64,000 nt of DNA from Eubacterium sp. (GCA_030524435.1 JAUNGS010000001.1:32319-96318), one strand, 5' to 3'. Shown: positions 48,723 to 61,725, counted from the stretch's first letter. Notes: generated from the letters alone by a model not told the origin. A program made the numbers and translations.

Positions 48723-49010
48723 TCAGGCTTTTTTTAGAATCGCCATGAGCTCCTCCGTGGTTTTTTGAAGATTGATGCCCGTGAGAAAGGCCCTGCCATT
48801 CATGACGGGGATATCGATATCCGCGTCGATCTGACAGGTGCAGACCACGATGTCGGGGCCAATCGCTGCGATTTTCTCCTTGACCTCCGAGGCCTTGGCC
48901 TGATAGGTCACGCAGTTCACCCCCTGATCTGCCGTCAGCTTCTCAATCTTTTTCGCCACCACCGTGGAGGTCGCCACGGCTGCGCCGCAGGCTACAAGCA
49001 CCCTTTTCAT
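48723..49010 (-). CDS. PTS IIB component (galactitol/Gat family)
   Basis: LVACG..VATST phosphorylatable Cys; FLTG motif. Confidence 0.85.
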   Translation of the reverse strand: MKRVLVACGAAVATSTVVAKKIEKLTADQGVNCVTYQAKASEVKEKIAAIGPDIVVCTCQIDADIDIPVMNGRAFLTGINLQKTTEELMAILKKA

Positions 49011-49666
49011 GCCTCGGCGCCCTCCATGATTGCTCTGAAACGATCTATATTTTCCTTCATGTCGCCGCCGAAGAGACAGGAGCCGGAGACGATGACGTCG
49101 GCGCCGGCTTCCACCACGGTGCTCAGGGTGTCAAAGTTGACGCCGCCATCCACCTCCAGGTGAACCTTGCGGTCGCCGATCATGGCTCTGAGGCCCTTTA
49201 GGCGCTGGGTGGTTTCGGGAATGTATTTCTGGCCGCCGAAGCCCGGGTAAACCCCCATGACGAGGATCATGGAGATGTCGTCTAAATAGGGGGCCGCCGC
49301 CTCGATGGGGGTGTCCGGAGACAGAACGATCCCGGCCTTGCAGTCCAGAGACTTAATCAAATCGATGCAGGCCTTGGTGTCGTCGTCGGCCTCGACGTGG
49401 ACGGTGATGATATCCGCCCCGGCCTTGACAAAGCGCTCGATGTATTTTAAGGGCTCGCTGATCATCAGGTGTACGTCGAAGGGCAGGGCGATGGTCTTCC
49501 TTAAGTTGGCCACCTGATCCGGGCCGATGGTGATATTGGGCACAAAATGTCCGTCCATGACGTCCACGTGGAGCCAGTCTGCGCCGCCGGCCTCCACCGA
49601 CTTCAGATCTCTCTCGAGGTTGGCGAAGTCTGCGCTGAGCATGGAGGGTGAAATTAATCTCTTCAT
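49007..49666 (-). CDS. rpe: Ribulose-phosphate 3-epimerase
   Basis: SPS.LSADF, HVDVMDGHFVPN, DVHLM, PGFGGQ, VDGG; ATGA overlaps on both sides. Confidence 0.9.
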   Translation of the reverse strand: MKRLISPSMLSADFANLERDLKSVEAGGADWLHVDVMDGHFVPNITIGPDQVANLRKTIALPFDVHLMISEPLKYIERFVKAGADIITVHVEADDDTKACIDLIKSLDCKAGIVLSPDTPIEAAAPYLDDISMILVMGVYPGFGGQKYIPETTQRLKGLRAMIGDRKVHLEVDGGVNFDTLSTVVEAGADVIVSGSCLFGGDMKENIDRFRAIMEGAEA

Positions 49667-50130
49667 TGGTTGCACTTCCTTTCATGGGTGAATTCCTTAA
49701 ACAGATTGTATACCTTTTCCGGTGTTTTTGCATGCATTATTTTATGTAAAACCATTTCATCTTGGATGATGGCCACCAGCTGCTGGAGGGTTTCCAGCTG
49801 GGCCTCGCCGTCTTTAATGGCCAAAAGAAACACAATGGACACCGGCACCTGCTCCTCGGGGGCGCCCATGGCCTGAAAGCTCACCGGCGCCTTGAGGGTG
49901 ACCATGGAGACGGCCTCCGAGAAAACCCCCTCGGGGGCAGCGTGGGGGATGGCCACCCCTACGGCAGTGGGCAGTCCCGTGGGGAAGGCTGCCTCCCGCT
50001 CAAGGACAGCCTTCAGGTAGGTCTGATCGATGCTTCGATTTTTTAAAAGCGGCGCCGCGGCGGCCGCAATGGCCTCGCCGCGGTCCGCCGCCGCAATCCC
50101 TGTTTGGATATAATCGATGTGAAGGCTCAT
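49663..50130 (-). CDS. PTS IIA component
   Basis: RE..FPTGL...VAIPH motif, PV.F..M. Confidence 0.88.
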   Translation of the reverse strand: MSLHIDYIQTGIAAADRGEAIAAAAAPLLKNRSIDQTYLKAVLEREAAFPTGLPTAVGVAIPHAAPEGVFSEAVSMVTLKAPVSFQAMGAPEEQVPVSIVFLLAIKDGEAQLETLQQLVAIIQDEMVLHKIMHAKTPEKVYNLFKEFTHERKCNQ

Positions 50131-50131
50131 C

Positions 50132-52636
50132 TTAGTTGTCGGTCATGGTCAGCTGTTCGTCTTCCTGAGCCTCGGCCTCATCCTTGTGGACCTTGGAGAT
50201 GGTGGCGATTTTTTCGCCGGTCTTGAGCTTCATCAGACGAACCCCCTGGGTGTTTCTGCCCACGATGGAGATGTCGCTGGCCTCGATCTTGATGACAACC
50301 CCTTGGTTGTTGATCATCATGATTTCGCCGTCCTCCCGGTCGATGACGCAGAAGCCGATGAGATCCCCGGTTTTCTTGGTGACCTTGTAGGTCTGAACGC
50401 CCTTGCCGCCGCGCTTCTGGGGTCTGTACTGATCCCCGGGGGTCAGCTTGCCGTAGCCCAGCTCGGAGACGCAGAGCACGTGGAGAGCGTCGGAGACGAT
50501 GTCCATGCCCACGACCACGTCGCCGTCCCTGAGATCGATACCCCGGACACCGATGGAGGTACGCTTCAGGGGACGCACTTCCTCGGAGGCAAAGCGGATG
50601 GCGCAGCCGTTTTTGGTGCCCATGACGATTTCGTCATCCTCGCCCACCAGGCGGACGTTGATGAGCTCGTCGTCCTCCCTTAAGTTGATGCCGATGATGC
50701 CGTTTTTCCTGGAGGAATCGTATTCCTGGAGGGCCGTCTTCTTGATGATCCCCTGGCGGGTGGCCATGATCAGGAATTTGTTTTCCTCGCTGAAATCCTT
50801 GATGGGAATCATGGTGGTGATGCTTTCATCGGGATCCAGCTGGAGGATGTTGACGATGGCCGTGCCCCTGGCGGTGCGGCCGCCCTCGGGAATCTCGAAG
50901 CCCTTGAGTCTGTAGACCTTGCCCTTGTTGCTGAAGAACAGCAGGTAGTGGTGGGTGGTGGTGGTGAACAGATGCTCAACAAAGTCGTTTTCCCTGGTGC
51001 TCAGGGCCGTGATGCCCTTGCCGCCGCGCTTCTGGGAGCGGTAGGTGTCGGCGGAGATCCGCTTGACGTAGCCGATGTGGGTCATGGTGATGACCACATC
51101 CTCCTCTTCGATGAGGTCCTCGATGTCGAAGTCCTCAACGTCGATGTCGAAGGAGGTCCGGCGATCGTCGCCGTATTTATTTTTGATTTCCGTCAGCTCG
51201 TCCTTAATGATGTTTAAAACCAGCTGCTCGTCGGCCAGGATGGCCTTGAGCTCGGCGATTAAGGCGATGAGCTGGGCGTATTCTTCCTCAATTTTTTCCC
51301 GCTCCAAGCCCGTCAGTCTCTGGAGACGCATGTCGAGAATGGCCTGGGCCTGGATTTCCGTTAAGGCAAAGCGTTCCATCAGCTGGGCCTTGGCCTCCTT
51401 GCCGTCCTTGGCGGCCCGGATTAAGGCGATGACCTCGTCGATGTTGTCCAAGGCGATGCGCAGACCCTCTAAAATATGGGCTCTGGCCTCGGCCTTCTTG
51501 AGATCGAAGATGGTTCTTCGGGTGATGATTTCCTTCTGGTGATTGACGTAGTGGTAAAGCACCTGCTTGAGGTTTAAGACCTTGGGCTCCAGCTTCTTGG
51601 GATCCTTTTCGCTGCCCACCAGGGCCAGCATGATGACGCCGAAGGTGTCCTGGAGCTGGGTGTGCTTGTAGAGCTGGTTTAAGATGATGGTCTCGTTGGC
51701 GTCACGCTTGAGCTCGATGACGATGCGGATCCCCTTCTTTAAGTCGGTTTCGTCCCTTAAGTCGGCGATGCCCTCAACCCGTTTTTCCTTGACCAGCTCG
51801 GCGATTTTTTCCACCAGCTTGGACTTGTTGACCATGTAGGGAATTTCGGTGATGACGATCTGCTTCTTGCCCTTTTTGGTGGTCTGGACGTCCACCTTGG
51901 AGCGCACCTTGATGCGGCCCCGGCCGGTGCTGTAGGCCTCGCGGATGCCGGCCTTGCCCAAAAGGATGCCGCCGGTGGGGAAGTCGGGTCCCTTGATGTG
52001 CTTCATCAGCTCGTCCACGGTGATTTCCGGGTTGTCGATGTAGGCGATGGTGCCGTCGATGACCTCACCTAAATTGTGGGGCGGAATATTGGTGGCCATA
52101 CCGACGGCGATGCCGGCGGAGCCGTTGACCAGCAGGTGGGGGAAGCGGGCCGGCAGTACCTCCGGCTCCATTTCCGATTCGTCAAAGTTGGGAATGTAGT
52201 CGACAGTGTCCTTGTTGATATCGCGAAGCATTTCCACGGCGATTTTGGACATCTTGGCCTCGGTGTAACGCATGGCCGCGGCGCCGTCGCCGTCGATGGA
52301 GCCAAAGTTTCCCTGGCCGTAAACCGTCATGTAGCGGGTGGAGAAGTCCTGGGCCATGCGCACCATGGCGTCGTAGACCGAGAAATCCCCGTGGGGGTGG
52401 TATTTACCCAAAACATCCCCGACGATACGGGCGGATTTACGGGTGGGCTTGTCCGGCGTCATCCCCAGCTCGTTCATGGCGTAGAGGATACGGCGGTGAA
52501 CCGGCTTTAAGCCGTCTCTGACATCGGGAAGGGCACGGCCGATGATGACGCTCATGGCGTAGTCGGTGTAGCAGGACTTCATCTCCTTCTCAATGTAGAC
52601 GTCCTTGATGCGATCGTATTCTAATATTTCATCCAT
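50132..52636 (-). CDS. gyrA: DNA gyrase subunit A
   Basis: [29 protein letters not shown], GyrA-box QKRGGKG. Confidence 0.98.
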   Translation of the reverse strand: MDEILEYDRIKDVYIEKEMKSCYTDYAMSVIIGRALPDVRDGLKPVHRRILYAMNELGMTPDKPTRKSARIVGDVLGKYHPHGDFSVYDAMVRMAQDFSTRYMTVYGQGNFGSIDGDGAAAMRYTEAKMSKIAVEMLRDINKDTVDYIPNFDESEMEPEVLPARFPHLLVNGSAGIAVGMATNIPPHNLGEVIDGTIAYIDNPEITVDELMKHIKGPDFPTGGILLGKAGIREAYSTGRGRIKVRSKVDVQTTKKGKKQIVITEIPYMVNKSKLVEKIAELVKEKRVEGIADLRDETDLKKGIRIVIELKRDANETIILNQLYKHTQLQDTFGVIMLALVGSEKDPKKLEPKVLNLKQVLYHYVNHQKEIITRRTIFDLKKAEARAHILEGLRIALDNIDEVIALIRAAKDGKEAKAQLMERFALTEIQAQAILDMRLQRLTGLEREKIEEEYAQLIALIAELKAILADEQLVLNIIKDELTEIKNKYGDDRRTSFDIDVEDFDIEDLIEEEDVVITMTHIGYVKRISADTYRSQKRGGKGITALSTRENDFVEHLFTTTTHHYLLFFSNKGKVYRLKGFEIPEGGRTARGTAIVNILQLDPDESITTMIPIKDFSEENKFLIMATRQGIIKKTALQEYDSSRKNGIIGINLREDDELINVRLVGEDDEIVMGTKNGCAIRFASEEVRPLKRTSIGVRGIDLRDGDVVVGMDIVSDALHVLCVSELGYGKLTPGDQYRPQKRGGKGVQTYKVTKKTGDLIGFCVIDREDGEIMMINNQGVVIKIEASDISIVGRNTQGVRLMKLKTGEKIATISKVHKDEAEAQEDEQLTMTDN

Positions 52637-52659
52637 TGATTCGTTCTCCTTGTCTTCGC

Positions 52660-54609
<1,950 letters not shown>

Positions 54610-54620
54610 TTATTCCAAGC

Positions 54621-55742
54621 TTATTTCAAATCACAGGGCGCCCCAAGTCTGCGGCCGCCCTGGATGTCGATGCGCCTCAGGGGCAGCCCCTTGAAATTTT
54701 CAATGAAGCTGCTGTCGGTGCAGGTGATAAAGGCCTGGGTATTCCCCAGGATGGACAAGATATTTTCCTGGCGCCTGGCGTCCAGCTCCGACAGGATATC
54801 GTCCAATAATACCACGGGGTAATCCCCGGTGTTTTCTTTGTAAATTTCAATCTGGGACAGCTTCAGGGCGATGGCCGCCGTCCGCTGCTGGCCCTGGGAG
54901 CCATACTTCTTGGCGTCGACGCCGTTTAAGTGGATGGCGATATCGTCCACGTGGGGACCGTAGGTGGTAGAACCCCGGTGAATATCTTCCTCATAGGAGG
55001 CCCTGAGCTTCTCCGTGAAGATGGCCTCGATACGCTCCAGCTCGCCGATGTGCTCCAGCACGTTGTTTTGATAAAACAGCGTCAGCGCTTCCAGATCCCC
55101 GCTGAGCTTTTTGTGCAGGGCCCGGGCCTTCTGGTTGAGGCTGTGGAGATAGGCCACCCGGTAGCGCATCAGGGATGCGCCGCTTTTAACCAGCTGCTCA
55201 TCCCACAAAGCCAGGGTGGGCTTGAGGGCCTTATCGTAGCGAATCTCCTTGAGCAGGGCGTTTCTCTGGTTTAAAATCTTGGTGTAGCCCTTGAGGACGT
55301 GACTGTAGTTGGGCTTAAAGCCCGAGAGCTCCGTGTTCATAAAGCGCCTTCTCTTTTCGGGGCCCTCCTTGACGATTTTGAGATCGTCGGGCTCAAAGAG
55401 GATGGTGCTCAGGGCCCTGGAGGTGCGCTCCCGGCCGGGATCCTTCTTGCCGTCGATGAGGACCTCCTTTTTTTTGCCCGAAAGCTTAAACTCCAGGCGA
55501 TGGGTGGTCTCCTGCCTGCAGACGGTTCCCTGCACAAAAAAACCGGCTTCATTAAAACCGATTAAATCCTGGAGGGTGCCCGCCTTGTGGGTGTAGCCCC
55601 GGGACAGCAGGTAGATGCTCTCCACCAGGTTCGTTTTGCCCTGGGCGTTTTTGCCGCGGATGACGTTGATGCCCGGGGAGAAGTCGAAGGTCTCGTCGGC
55701 GTAATTTCTGTAGTGGACGAGGCGCAGGCTCTTGACGATCAT
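54621..55742 (-). CDS. recF: DNA replication/repair protein RecF
   Basis: G.NAQGKTN, GPH.DD, GSQGQQR, LLDDILSELD. Confidence 0.96.
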   Translation of the reverse strand: MIVKSLRLVHYRNYADETFDFSPGINVIRGKNAQGKTNLVESIYLLSRGYTHKAGTLQDLIGFNEAGFFVQGTVCRQETTHRLEFKLSGKKKEVLIDGKKDPGRERTSRALSTILFEPDDLKIVKEGPEKRRRFMNTELSGFKPNYSHVLKGYTKILNQRNALLKEIRYDKALKPTLALWDEQLVKSGASLMRYRVAYLHSLNQKARALHKKLSGDLEALTLFYQNNVLEHIGELERIEAIFTEKLRASYEEDIHRGSTTYGPHVDDIAIHLNGVDAKKYGSQGQQRTAAIALKLSQIEIYKENTGDYPVVLLDDILSELDARRQENILSILGNTQAFITCTDSSFIENFKGLPLRRIDIQGGRRLGAPCDLK

Positions 55743-55957
55743 GGGGCCTGGACGACCTGAAGCTCGCAGGCGCCCTCCACCGCCACCCGATCCCCGGGGC
55801 GGATCTTTTTTCCCCGCTGGGTGCAGACCTCGCCGTTGAGGGTGACCATCCCCTCCTGGATCATGGCCTTGGCGTCTGAACCGCTCCCGGCGATCCCCGA
55901 AAATTTCAGCAGCTGATCGAGTTTAATGAATTCCGTGTTAATTTCGATATTTTCCAT
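55739..55957 (-). CDS. yaaA: S4-domain RNA-binding protein (YaaA)
   Basis: FIKLDQLLK, RGKKIRPGD; conserved position between dnaN and recF. Confidence 0.9.
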   Translation of the reverse strand: MENIEINTEFIKLDQLLKFSGIAGSGSDAKAMIQEGMVTLNGEVCTQRGKKIRPGDRVAVEGACELQVVQAP

Positions 55958-56140
55958 ATTATCCTCTCCCTTGGGGTATATCCTTTTCTGAAATGCTTTT
56001 CTTCCCGTTTTCCCCTTAAAATGGGTAAATAATTGAAAATTCGTGTAGATAAATACACACTTTAACTATTATAACATAAAAAAGAGGATTTCCATCATGA
56101 AAATCCTCTTTTTTGATCCAAATTTACGCAATTTAAAGGC

Positions 56141-57256
56141 CTAGGCTTCCTCGGCGATTCTGACGGGCAGAATCAGGTAAATAAAGGCGTCTGAGCCGCC
56201 CTCGGGGACGATGACCGCCGGGCCCACCGAGGTGGTCAGGCAGATTTCGATGTCGTCCTGCTCGATGACCTTGAGGGCGTCGATGAAAAACTTGGAGTTA
56301 AAGGCGATGCGGATGGCTTCGCCGCTGTTTTCGATGGGGATGACCTCAAAGACGTCGCCGATCTCCGCGTTGGAGGTGATGATCAGCTGGTCGGCGTTGT
56401 AGTCCATTTTGATCAGGTTGTTTTTGCCCTCCCTGGCCAACAGGGCCGCCCGCTCGCTGCTGGCCAACAGCAGCCGTCTGGAGACCTTGACCCTGGTGGT
56501 CTGCTCCTTGGGGATGATATTTCTGTAGTTGATGAACTCGCCCTCCAGAAGCCTTGAGGTGAACTGGGTTTCGCCCATCTCAAAGAAGATCTGGGTCTTG
56601 GAGAATTTGACCACCACCTCGTCGTTGTAGCCCGAGAGCAGCTTTAGAAGCTCGTTCATGCTCTTGCCGGGGATGATCACCGAGAGCTCGCCGTCCCCGG
56701 GGGTTTTTAAGGCGCCCTGGCGCAGTGACAGGCGGTAGCCGTCCAAGGCGATGAGCCTGAGCATCTCCTTGTCGATTTCCATTTTAAGCCCCGTCAAAAC
56801 CGGGATGTTTTCGCTGACGGCCACCGAGAACAGGGTGCCCCTGATCATCTCTCTGAGCACCGGCGCCTCCATGGAGAAGCTGTGCTCCTCGATGATCTCC
56901 GGGAACTCCGGAAATTCGTCGGTGGGGTAGCCCTTGATTTTAAAATTGGACAGCAGACAGTCGATTTTAATCTGGTTGCCCTCCTCCTTATCAAAGAAGA
57001 CCTCGTCGCCGGAGAGCTTTCTGATGACCTCCAGAATTAAGTTGGAGGACAGGATGATCTCCCCGTCGGTGTCGACGTTGGCGGGGATGCTGGTCTGAAC
57101 GCCAATTTCTAAGTCTGTGGCGGTCAGCACTAATTGATTATTGTATACCTGAAACATGATCCCTTCCAGGATAGGCATCGTACTTCTGTTCGACACCCCC
57201 TTCTGGGCAATAGATAAAGCGTTAATTAACTGGTCGCGGGAGCAGCTGAATTTCAT
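56141..57256 (-). CDS. dnaN: DNA polymerase III beta clamp
   Basis: PIL.G, ATDLE, LDGYRL, SRLLEG.F, LILPVR. Confidence 0.97.
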   Translation of the reverse strand: MKFSCSRDQLINALSIAQKGVSNRSTMPILEGIMFQVYNNQLVLTATDLEIGVQTSIPANVDTDGEIILSSNLILEVIRKLSGDEVFFDKEEGNQIKIDCLLSNFKIKGYPTDEFPEFPEIIEEHSFSMEAPVLREMIRGTLFSVAVSENIPVLTGLKMEIDKEMLRLIALDGYRLSLRQGALKTPGDGELSVIIPGKSMNELLKLLSGYNDEVVVKFSKTQIFFEMGETQFTSRLLEGEFINYRNIIPKEQTTRVKVSRRLLLASSERAALLAREGKNNLIKMDYNADQLIITSNAEIGDVFEVIPIENSGEAIRIAFNSKFFIDALKVIEQDDIEICLTTSVGPAVIVPEGGSDAFIYLILPVRIAEEA

Positions 57257-57289
57257 AAAAACACCTCCTTGAATGATAGGCGAGCTAAC

Positions 57290-57470
57290 GCCTCTGATTA
57301 TATATATTAGTATAGTATAAATAGCAATAATAGTAATAGGGACTGTGGGCTCTGTGGATAACCCGGGAAAGGGGCAAAACCCCTCAAAAAGGCCCCTGGA
57401 TAAGCGTCAAGAAGCTGTGGATAAGTCGGCAGATAAGCTGTGGGTACTGAAAGGCTTGTCCACAGGCCGC
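57290..57470. other. oriC: unwinding element, DnaA-trios and DnaA boxes in the dnaA-dnaN gap
   Basis: AT-rich tract with TAG/TAA trinucleotide repeats (57301-57339) next to TGTGGATAA boxes at 57353 and 57416, plus degenerate boxes. Confidence 0.88.
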
Positions 57471-57473
57471 TTT

Positions 57474-58832
57474 TTAGTTGTCCTTGGTGATCTCGGTCTG
57501 GATGCGGACGATGAGATTTTTAAAGTCGGTGTTGGCTTCCATCTCCTCGGTGATCTTCTGGCAGGCGTGGATGACCGTGGAGTGGTCCCGGCCGCCGAAG
57601 TCCTCGCCGATTTTTGGGAGGGACAGGTCCGTGAGATTTCTGGTGAGGTACATGGCCACCTGGCGGGGCAGGGCAATGGCCTTGGTGCGCTTCTTGGAGT
57701 CCATGTCCTCCACGGTGACGTTGAAGTACTTGGCGGTCATCTCCTTGATGTAATTGCTGTCGATGACGATGTTCTCCTTGGCCTTGAAGATGTCCTTGAG
57801 GGCGTTTTTGGCGATGGGCAGGGTGATGCTCTCGCCGTAGAGCTTGGCGTAGGCCACCACGGTGGTCAGGGCCCCCTCCAGCTCACGGATGTTGGAGTGG
57901 ATGTTGTCGGCGATGAAGCTTAAAACATCGTTGGGGATCTCCTCCTTGTAAGACTCGGCCTTCTTCCTTAAAATGGCGATTCTAGTCTCAAAATTTGGGG
58001 TGGAGATATCGGTGATGAGCCCCATCTCGAAGCGGGAGCGCAGCCTGTCCTCCAGCTTGGGGATCTCCTTGGGAGGCCGGTCCGAGCTGATGACGATCTG
58101 CTTGTTTTCCTCGTGGAGGGCGTTGAAGGTATGGAAGAATTCCTCCTGGGTTCCCTCCTTGCCGGTGAGGAACTGGATATCGTCGATTAAGAGGATATCC
58201 ACCTTTCTGTACTTATTTCTAAAGGCGATGTTGTTCTTGTTTTTGATGGAGTCGATGAACTCGTTGGTGAATTTTTCACAGGAGACGTAGACCACCTTTT
58301 TGTTGGGGGCGTAGGACAGGATGTAGTTGCCGATGGCCTGCATGAGGTGGGTTTTTCCCAGACCGACGCCGCCGTAGATGAACAGCGGGTTGTAGCGCTC
58401 CGAGGGGGCCTCGGAGACGGCCACGCAGGCGGCGTGGGCAAAGCGGTTGTTCTCGCCGATGACGAACTTGTCGAAGGTGTACTTGGGATTCATGCTGCCC
58501 TGGGACTTGGCGCCCTCGGCCTTGGCCTCAGGGGCGTTTGTCATCGGGGCGGCGGGCATGGCCTCATCCTGGGGAAGATCGGCTTCGGAGGAGAGGATGT
58601 GCAGGGTGTACTCCTTTTCGGTGACCTGGGCGACGGCGTTGGTGATGAGGGCGGCGTATCTGGATTCCAGCATTCCCCGCTCAAAATCATTGTCGGACAG
58701 GATATAGAAGCTGTCGTCTATGATTTTTAAGGGATTAATATTGAGAAACCAGGTTTTGTAGCTGATATCTGTAAGCTCTTCCTTGACGATGGTGAGCACC
58801 TCGTCCCAGATTTGGCTGATTGCGTTGTCCAC
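57474..58832 (-). CDS. dnaA: Chromosomal replication initiator DnaA
   Basis: YNPLFIYGGVGLGKTHL, LLIDDIQF, RLRSRF, GGRDHSTV; GTG start with GGAGG. Confidence 0.98.
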   Translation of the reverse strand: MDNAISQIWDEVLTIVKEELTDISYKTWFLNINPLKIIDDSFYILSDNDFERGMLESRYAALITNAVAQVTEKEYTLHILSSEADLPQDEAMPAAPMTNAPEAKAEGAKSQGSMNPKYTFDKFVIGENNRFAHAACVAVSEAPSERYNPLFIYGGVGLGKTHLMQAIGNYILSYAPNKKVVYVSCEKFTNEFIDSIKNKNNIAFRNKYRKVDILLIDDIQFLTGKEGTQEEFFHTFNALHEENKQIVISSDRPPKEIPKLEDRLRSRFEMGLITDISTPNFETRIAILRKKAESYKEEIPNDVLSFIADNIHSNIRELEGALTTVVAYAKLYGESITLPIAKNALKDIFKAKENIVIDSNYIKEMTAKYFNVTVEDMDSKKRTKAIALPRQVAMYLTRNLTDLSLPKIGEDFGGRDHSTVIHACQKITEEMEANTDFKNLIVRIQTEITKDN

Positions 58833-58889
58833 AGGTGAACCTCCGAATTCTAGAAATTAAAAACCCAAGCGCCCGCCTTTGGGCGTTTG

Positions 58890-59105
58890 GTATAAGGTGT
58901 GCATAAGTTATTTTCACGACAGGTATTAACAAAGCTGTGCAGAGAAAAATCCGGCTTATCCCCGGAAAAAACCGCAGAATAAAGCGGGTTTTAGGGCCTG
59001 TCCACAAATTATTCAGGGGTAATGCACAAAAAGGCGCACCCTGTGGAAATTGTGGATTCTTTGTTAACAGTACAGTTAAGTATATCAAAAGCCTGTGGAC
59101 AATTC
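58890..59105. promoter_or_regulatory. DnaA-box cluster upstream of dnaA (bipartite origin / autoregulation)
   Basis: Several near-consensus boxes: TGTGCATAA, TGTCCACAA, TGTGGAAAT, TGTGGATTC, TGTGGACAA. Confidence 0.75.
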
Positions 59106-59158
59106 AATACTATTGACGGGAAAGTAAAAAGAAAAAAATATCTTTTTTTAGAAAAATC

Positions 59159-59187
59159 TTGACAAGAAATGGGTAAAATTATATAAT
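59159..59187 (+). promoter_or_regulatory. SigmaA promoter of rpmH operon
   Basis: TTGACA-17-TATAAT. Confidence 0.88.
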
Positions 59188-59261
59188 CCTAAAGTAAAAG
59201 TCTAATATGCTTAGTAATATCAAAAAGATGATAAATAACAAATGTCAGGGGGTGCTTGTCG

Positions 59262-59396
59262 ATGAAAAGAACTTTTCAGCCTAAAGTAAGACAGCGTAAA
59301 AAAGAACATGGTTTCAGAAAAAGAATGTCTGCTAAAAGCGGTCGTTTAATCTTAAAGAAAAGAAGACAAAAAGGTAGAGCAAAATTATCTGCATAG
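59262..59396 (+). CDS. rpmH: 50S ribosomal protein L34 (absent from the ORF track)
   Basis: [44 protein letters not shown]. Confidence 0.98.
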   Translation: MKRTFQPKVRQRKKEHGFRKRMSAKSGRLILKKRRQKGRAKLSA

Positions 59397-59554
59397 ACTT
59401 AATTTCAGGGCCGTTTTTACAAACGGTCTTTTGTTTATCAGAAGAACTCAAAGTCCGGCGGGGAACTTCTCCCCGGTCTGTGCCGCGATAACAGCCAGGC
59501 CTTGGGCCCGGCCGTTTACCTGCGATTTTTAAAATAAAATTCAGGAGAATTTGT

Positions 59555-59902
59555 TTGGCAAAAATTTTTACACTTAAAAAGCAGAAAGACTTTCAGCAGC
59601 TATACCAAAAAGGAAAGGTTTTTGGAAACCGCAACCTTGTGATCTACTATTTAAAGAATGGGAAGGATACCAATCGTCTGGGTATCGTGGTGAGCAAGAA
59701 GATCTCCAACCGCGCCGTGGTGAGAAATAAAATCCGGCGTCAGATCAAGGAGGCTTACCGTCAAAATGCATCTGGTTTTTCACAGGGCTACGACCTTATT
59801 TTAATCGCCAAGGCCAGCTGTAAGGAGGCGCCCTACCAGGTCATCGAGAAATCCCTGGGACACCTCTTTTACAAGCAGCGGCTCCTTAAGGAAAAAAGAT
59901 GA
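59555..59902 (+). CDS. rnpA: Ribonuclease P protein component
   Basis: [17 protein letters not shown] motif. Confidence 0.95.
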   Translation: MAKIFTLKKQKDFQQLYQKGKVFGNRNLVIYYLKNGKDTNRLGIVVSKKISNRAVVRNKIRRQIKEAYRQNASGFSQGYDLILIAKASCKEAPYQVIEKSLGHLFYKQRLLKEKR

Positions 59903-60111
59903 TCAAGGCGTTTTTGTTAAAGCTCATCCGGGGCTACCAGAAATACATCTCCCCGGGACTGCCGAAATCCTGTCGGTTTACGCCGACCTGCTCGGAGTAC
60001 TGCTACCAGGCCATCTTAAAATACGGTGTTTTCAAGGGACTTTTCCTCGGCATCAAAAGAATTTTAAAATGTCATCCCTTTCATCCGGGAGGCTACGATC
60101 CTCTTCCTTAA
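59899..60111 (+). CDS. yidD: Membrane protein insertion efficiency factor
   Basis: YQKYISP...[10 protein letters not shown]...[12 protein letters not shown]. Confidence 0.95.
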   Translation: MIKAFLLKLIRGYQKYISPGLPKSCRFTPTCSEYCYQAILKYGVFKGLFLGIKRILKCHPFHPGGYDPLP

Positions 60112-60138
60112 TAAGGAAGCGTTTAAAGGAGTTAATCC

Positions 60139-61053
60139 ATGAGCATTTTATACCGAGCCTTCGGCTTCGTGTTATTTCAAATTTACAATTTCGTTCAGAA
60201 CTACGGCGTGGCCATCATCCTGTTCACACTGTTAGTCAATGTTTGTTTATTGCCCCTGGCGATCAAACAGACAAAGTCGATGAAGGAAATGCAGGCTCTT
60301 AGACCAGAACTGCAAAAGCTTCAAAAGAAGTACAAGAACAATCCGGAAAAGCTGAACCAGGAGACCATGAAGCTCTACAAGCTTTACAACGTCAGCCCCA
60401 TGGCCGGCTGTCTGCCGCTGCTGATCCAGCTGCCCATCATCTACGCCCTCTTCGGGGCCCTGAGAGATCCGGCGCGCTGGGTGTTCACCTCGGGGAGTAC
60501 CGAGGCCGTCAGCCAGAGCTTCGCCTGGATTCCAAATATGAGCGAGCCTGATCCCTTTGTGATCCTGCCCCTGCTCTGTATCGTCTTCACCTTCATCACC
60601 CAGAAGTTTACCATGTCGGCCCAGAAGGGCACCATGGATCCCTCGGCGGAAAAATCCCAGCAGATCATGCTGTACATCATGCCCGTCATGATCGGTGTGG
60701 CGGCCTGGCAGATGCCCGCCGGTGTGGCTCTGTACTGGGTGGTTAGAAATATCTTCACCTTTATCCAGCAGGTTATCATGCTGCGCAAGCCCGCTGCGGT
60801 CATCGATCCCAGGGAGGCTGAGAGAAAGGTAGAGGAAGCCAAGCGCGAGGAAATCAAGCGCAAGAAGGAAGAGCGCAGACAGCAGAGCGAGGCCAGAGCC
60901 GACGCCATGGCCGCCCAGATGGGAAAACCGGTTAAGAAAAAGGAAGCGCCCGAAGATAAAAAACCCTTGACCCGCCCGGCCTCAGGCAAGAAGGTCAAGC
61001 GCAAAACCATCACCAAGATTCCCCAGCGGGATGACCATTTCGATAAAAAATAG
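60139..61053 (+). CDS. yidC: YidC/Oxa1 membrane insertase
   Basis: NYG.AII.FT, GCLPLLIQLPI, PAG.ALYW; long basic C-tail. Confidence 0.95.
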   Translation: MSILYRAFGFVLFQIYNFVQNYGVAIILFTLLVNVCLLPLAIKQTKSMKEMQALRPELQKLQKKYKNNPEKLNQETMKLYKLYNVSPMAGCLPLLIQLPIIYALFGALRDPARWVFTSGSTEAVSQSFAWIPNMSEPDPFVILPLLCIVFTFITQKFTMSAQKGTMDPSAEKSQQIMLYIMPVMIGVAAWQMPAGVALYWVVRNIFTFIQQVIMLRKPAAVIDPREAERKVEEAKREEIKRKKEERRQQSEARADAMAAQMGKPVKKKEAPEDKKPLTRPASGKKVKRKTITKIPQRDDHFDKK

Positions 61054-61098
61054 CTGATGGTTTAGGTTTTTCAGGCAGAGATACCAAGGAGAAAGCAA

Positions 61099-61725
61099 AT
61101 GAATAAAGTTGTAGAGGGCAGAGGAAAAACCATCGAGGAAGCCATTAACAACGGCCTCCTTCAGCTGGGGGTAACCCAGGAGCAGGTGGAGACGGAGGTC
61201 ATTCAGGTGCCGGAGTCCGGCGTCTTCGGCATCTTTGGCAAAAAAGAAGCCGTCGTCGAGGTCAGGCTCTTGAATACGGCGGCTCGCCGGGCCGAGGAAT
61301 TCCTCGGGGAAATGCTGGCGGCCATGGAGATCCCCTGTACCATCGAGAGCCATCAGGAGGACAACAACCTCTTTATCGAGCTCAAGGGCGAGGACATGGG
61401 CATCCTCATCGGACGCCGGGGTCAGACCCTAGATTCCCTGCAGTACCTGGTGAGCCTGGTGGTCAACCGCAGCGGTGACCACTACATCAGAGTCATTTTA
61501 GATACGGAAAATTACCGGGATAAGCGTCAGAAAACCCTGGAGGCCCTGGCGGATAAAATGGCCTCCAAGACGGTGCGCTACGGCAGAAAGATGTCCTTAG
61601 AGCCCATGAATCCCTCGGAGCGCCGCATCATCCACGCGAGACTCCAGAAGGACGATCGGGTATTCACCTTCAGCGAGGGCGACGAGCCCTACCGTCACGT
61701 GGTTATTCAGCTCAAGGAAAGATAG
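61099..61725 (+). CDS. jag: Jag/KhpB (EloR) RNA-binding protein
   Basis: Jag_N, KH motif IGRRGQTLDSLQ, R3H motif ERRIIH. Confidence 0.95.
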   Translation: MNKVVEGRGKTIEEAINNGLLQLGVTQEQVETEVIQVPESGVFGIFGKKEAVVEVRLLNTAARRAEEFLGEMLAAMEIPCTIESHQEDNNLFIELKGEDMGILIGRRGQTLDSLQYLVSLVVNRSGDHYIRVILDTENYRDKRQKTLEALADKMASKTVRYGRKMSLEPMNPSERRIIHARLQKDDRVFTFSEGDEPYRHVVIQLKER

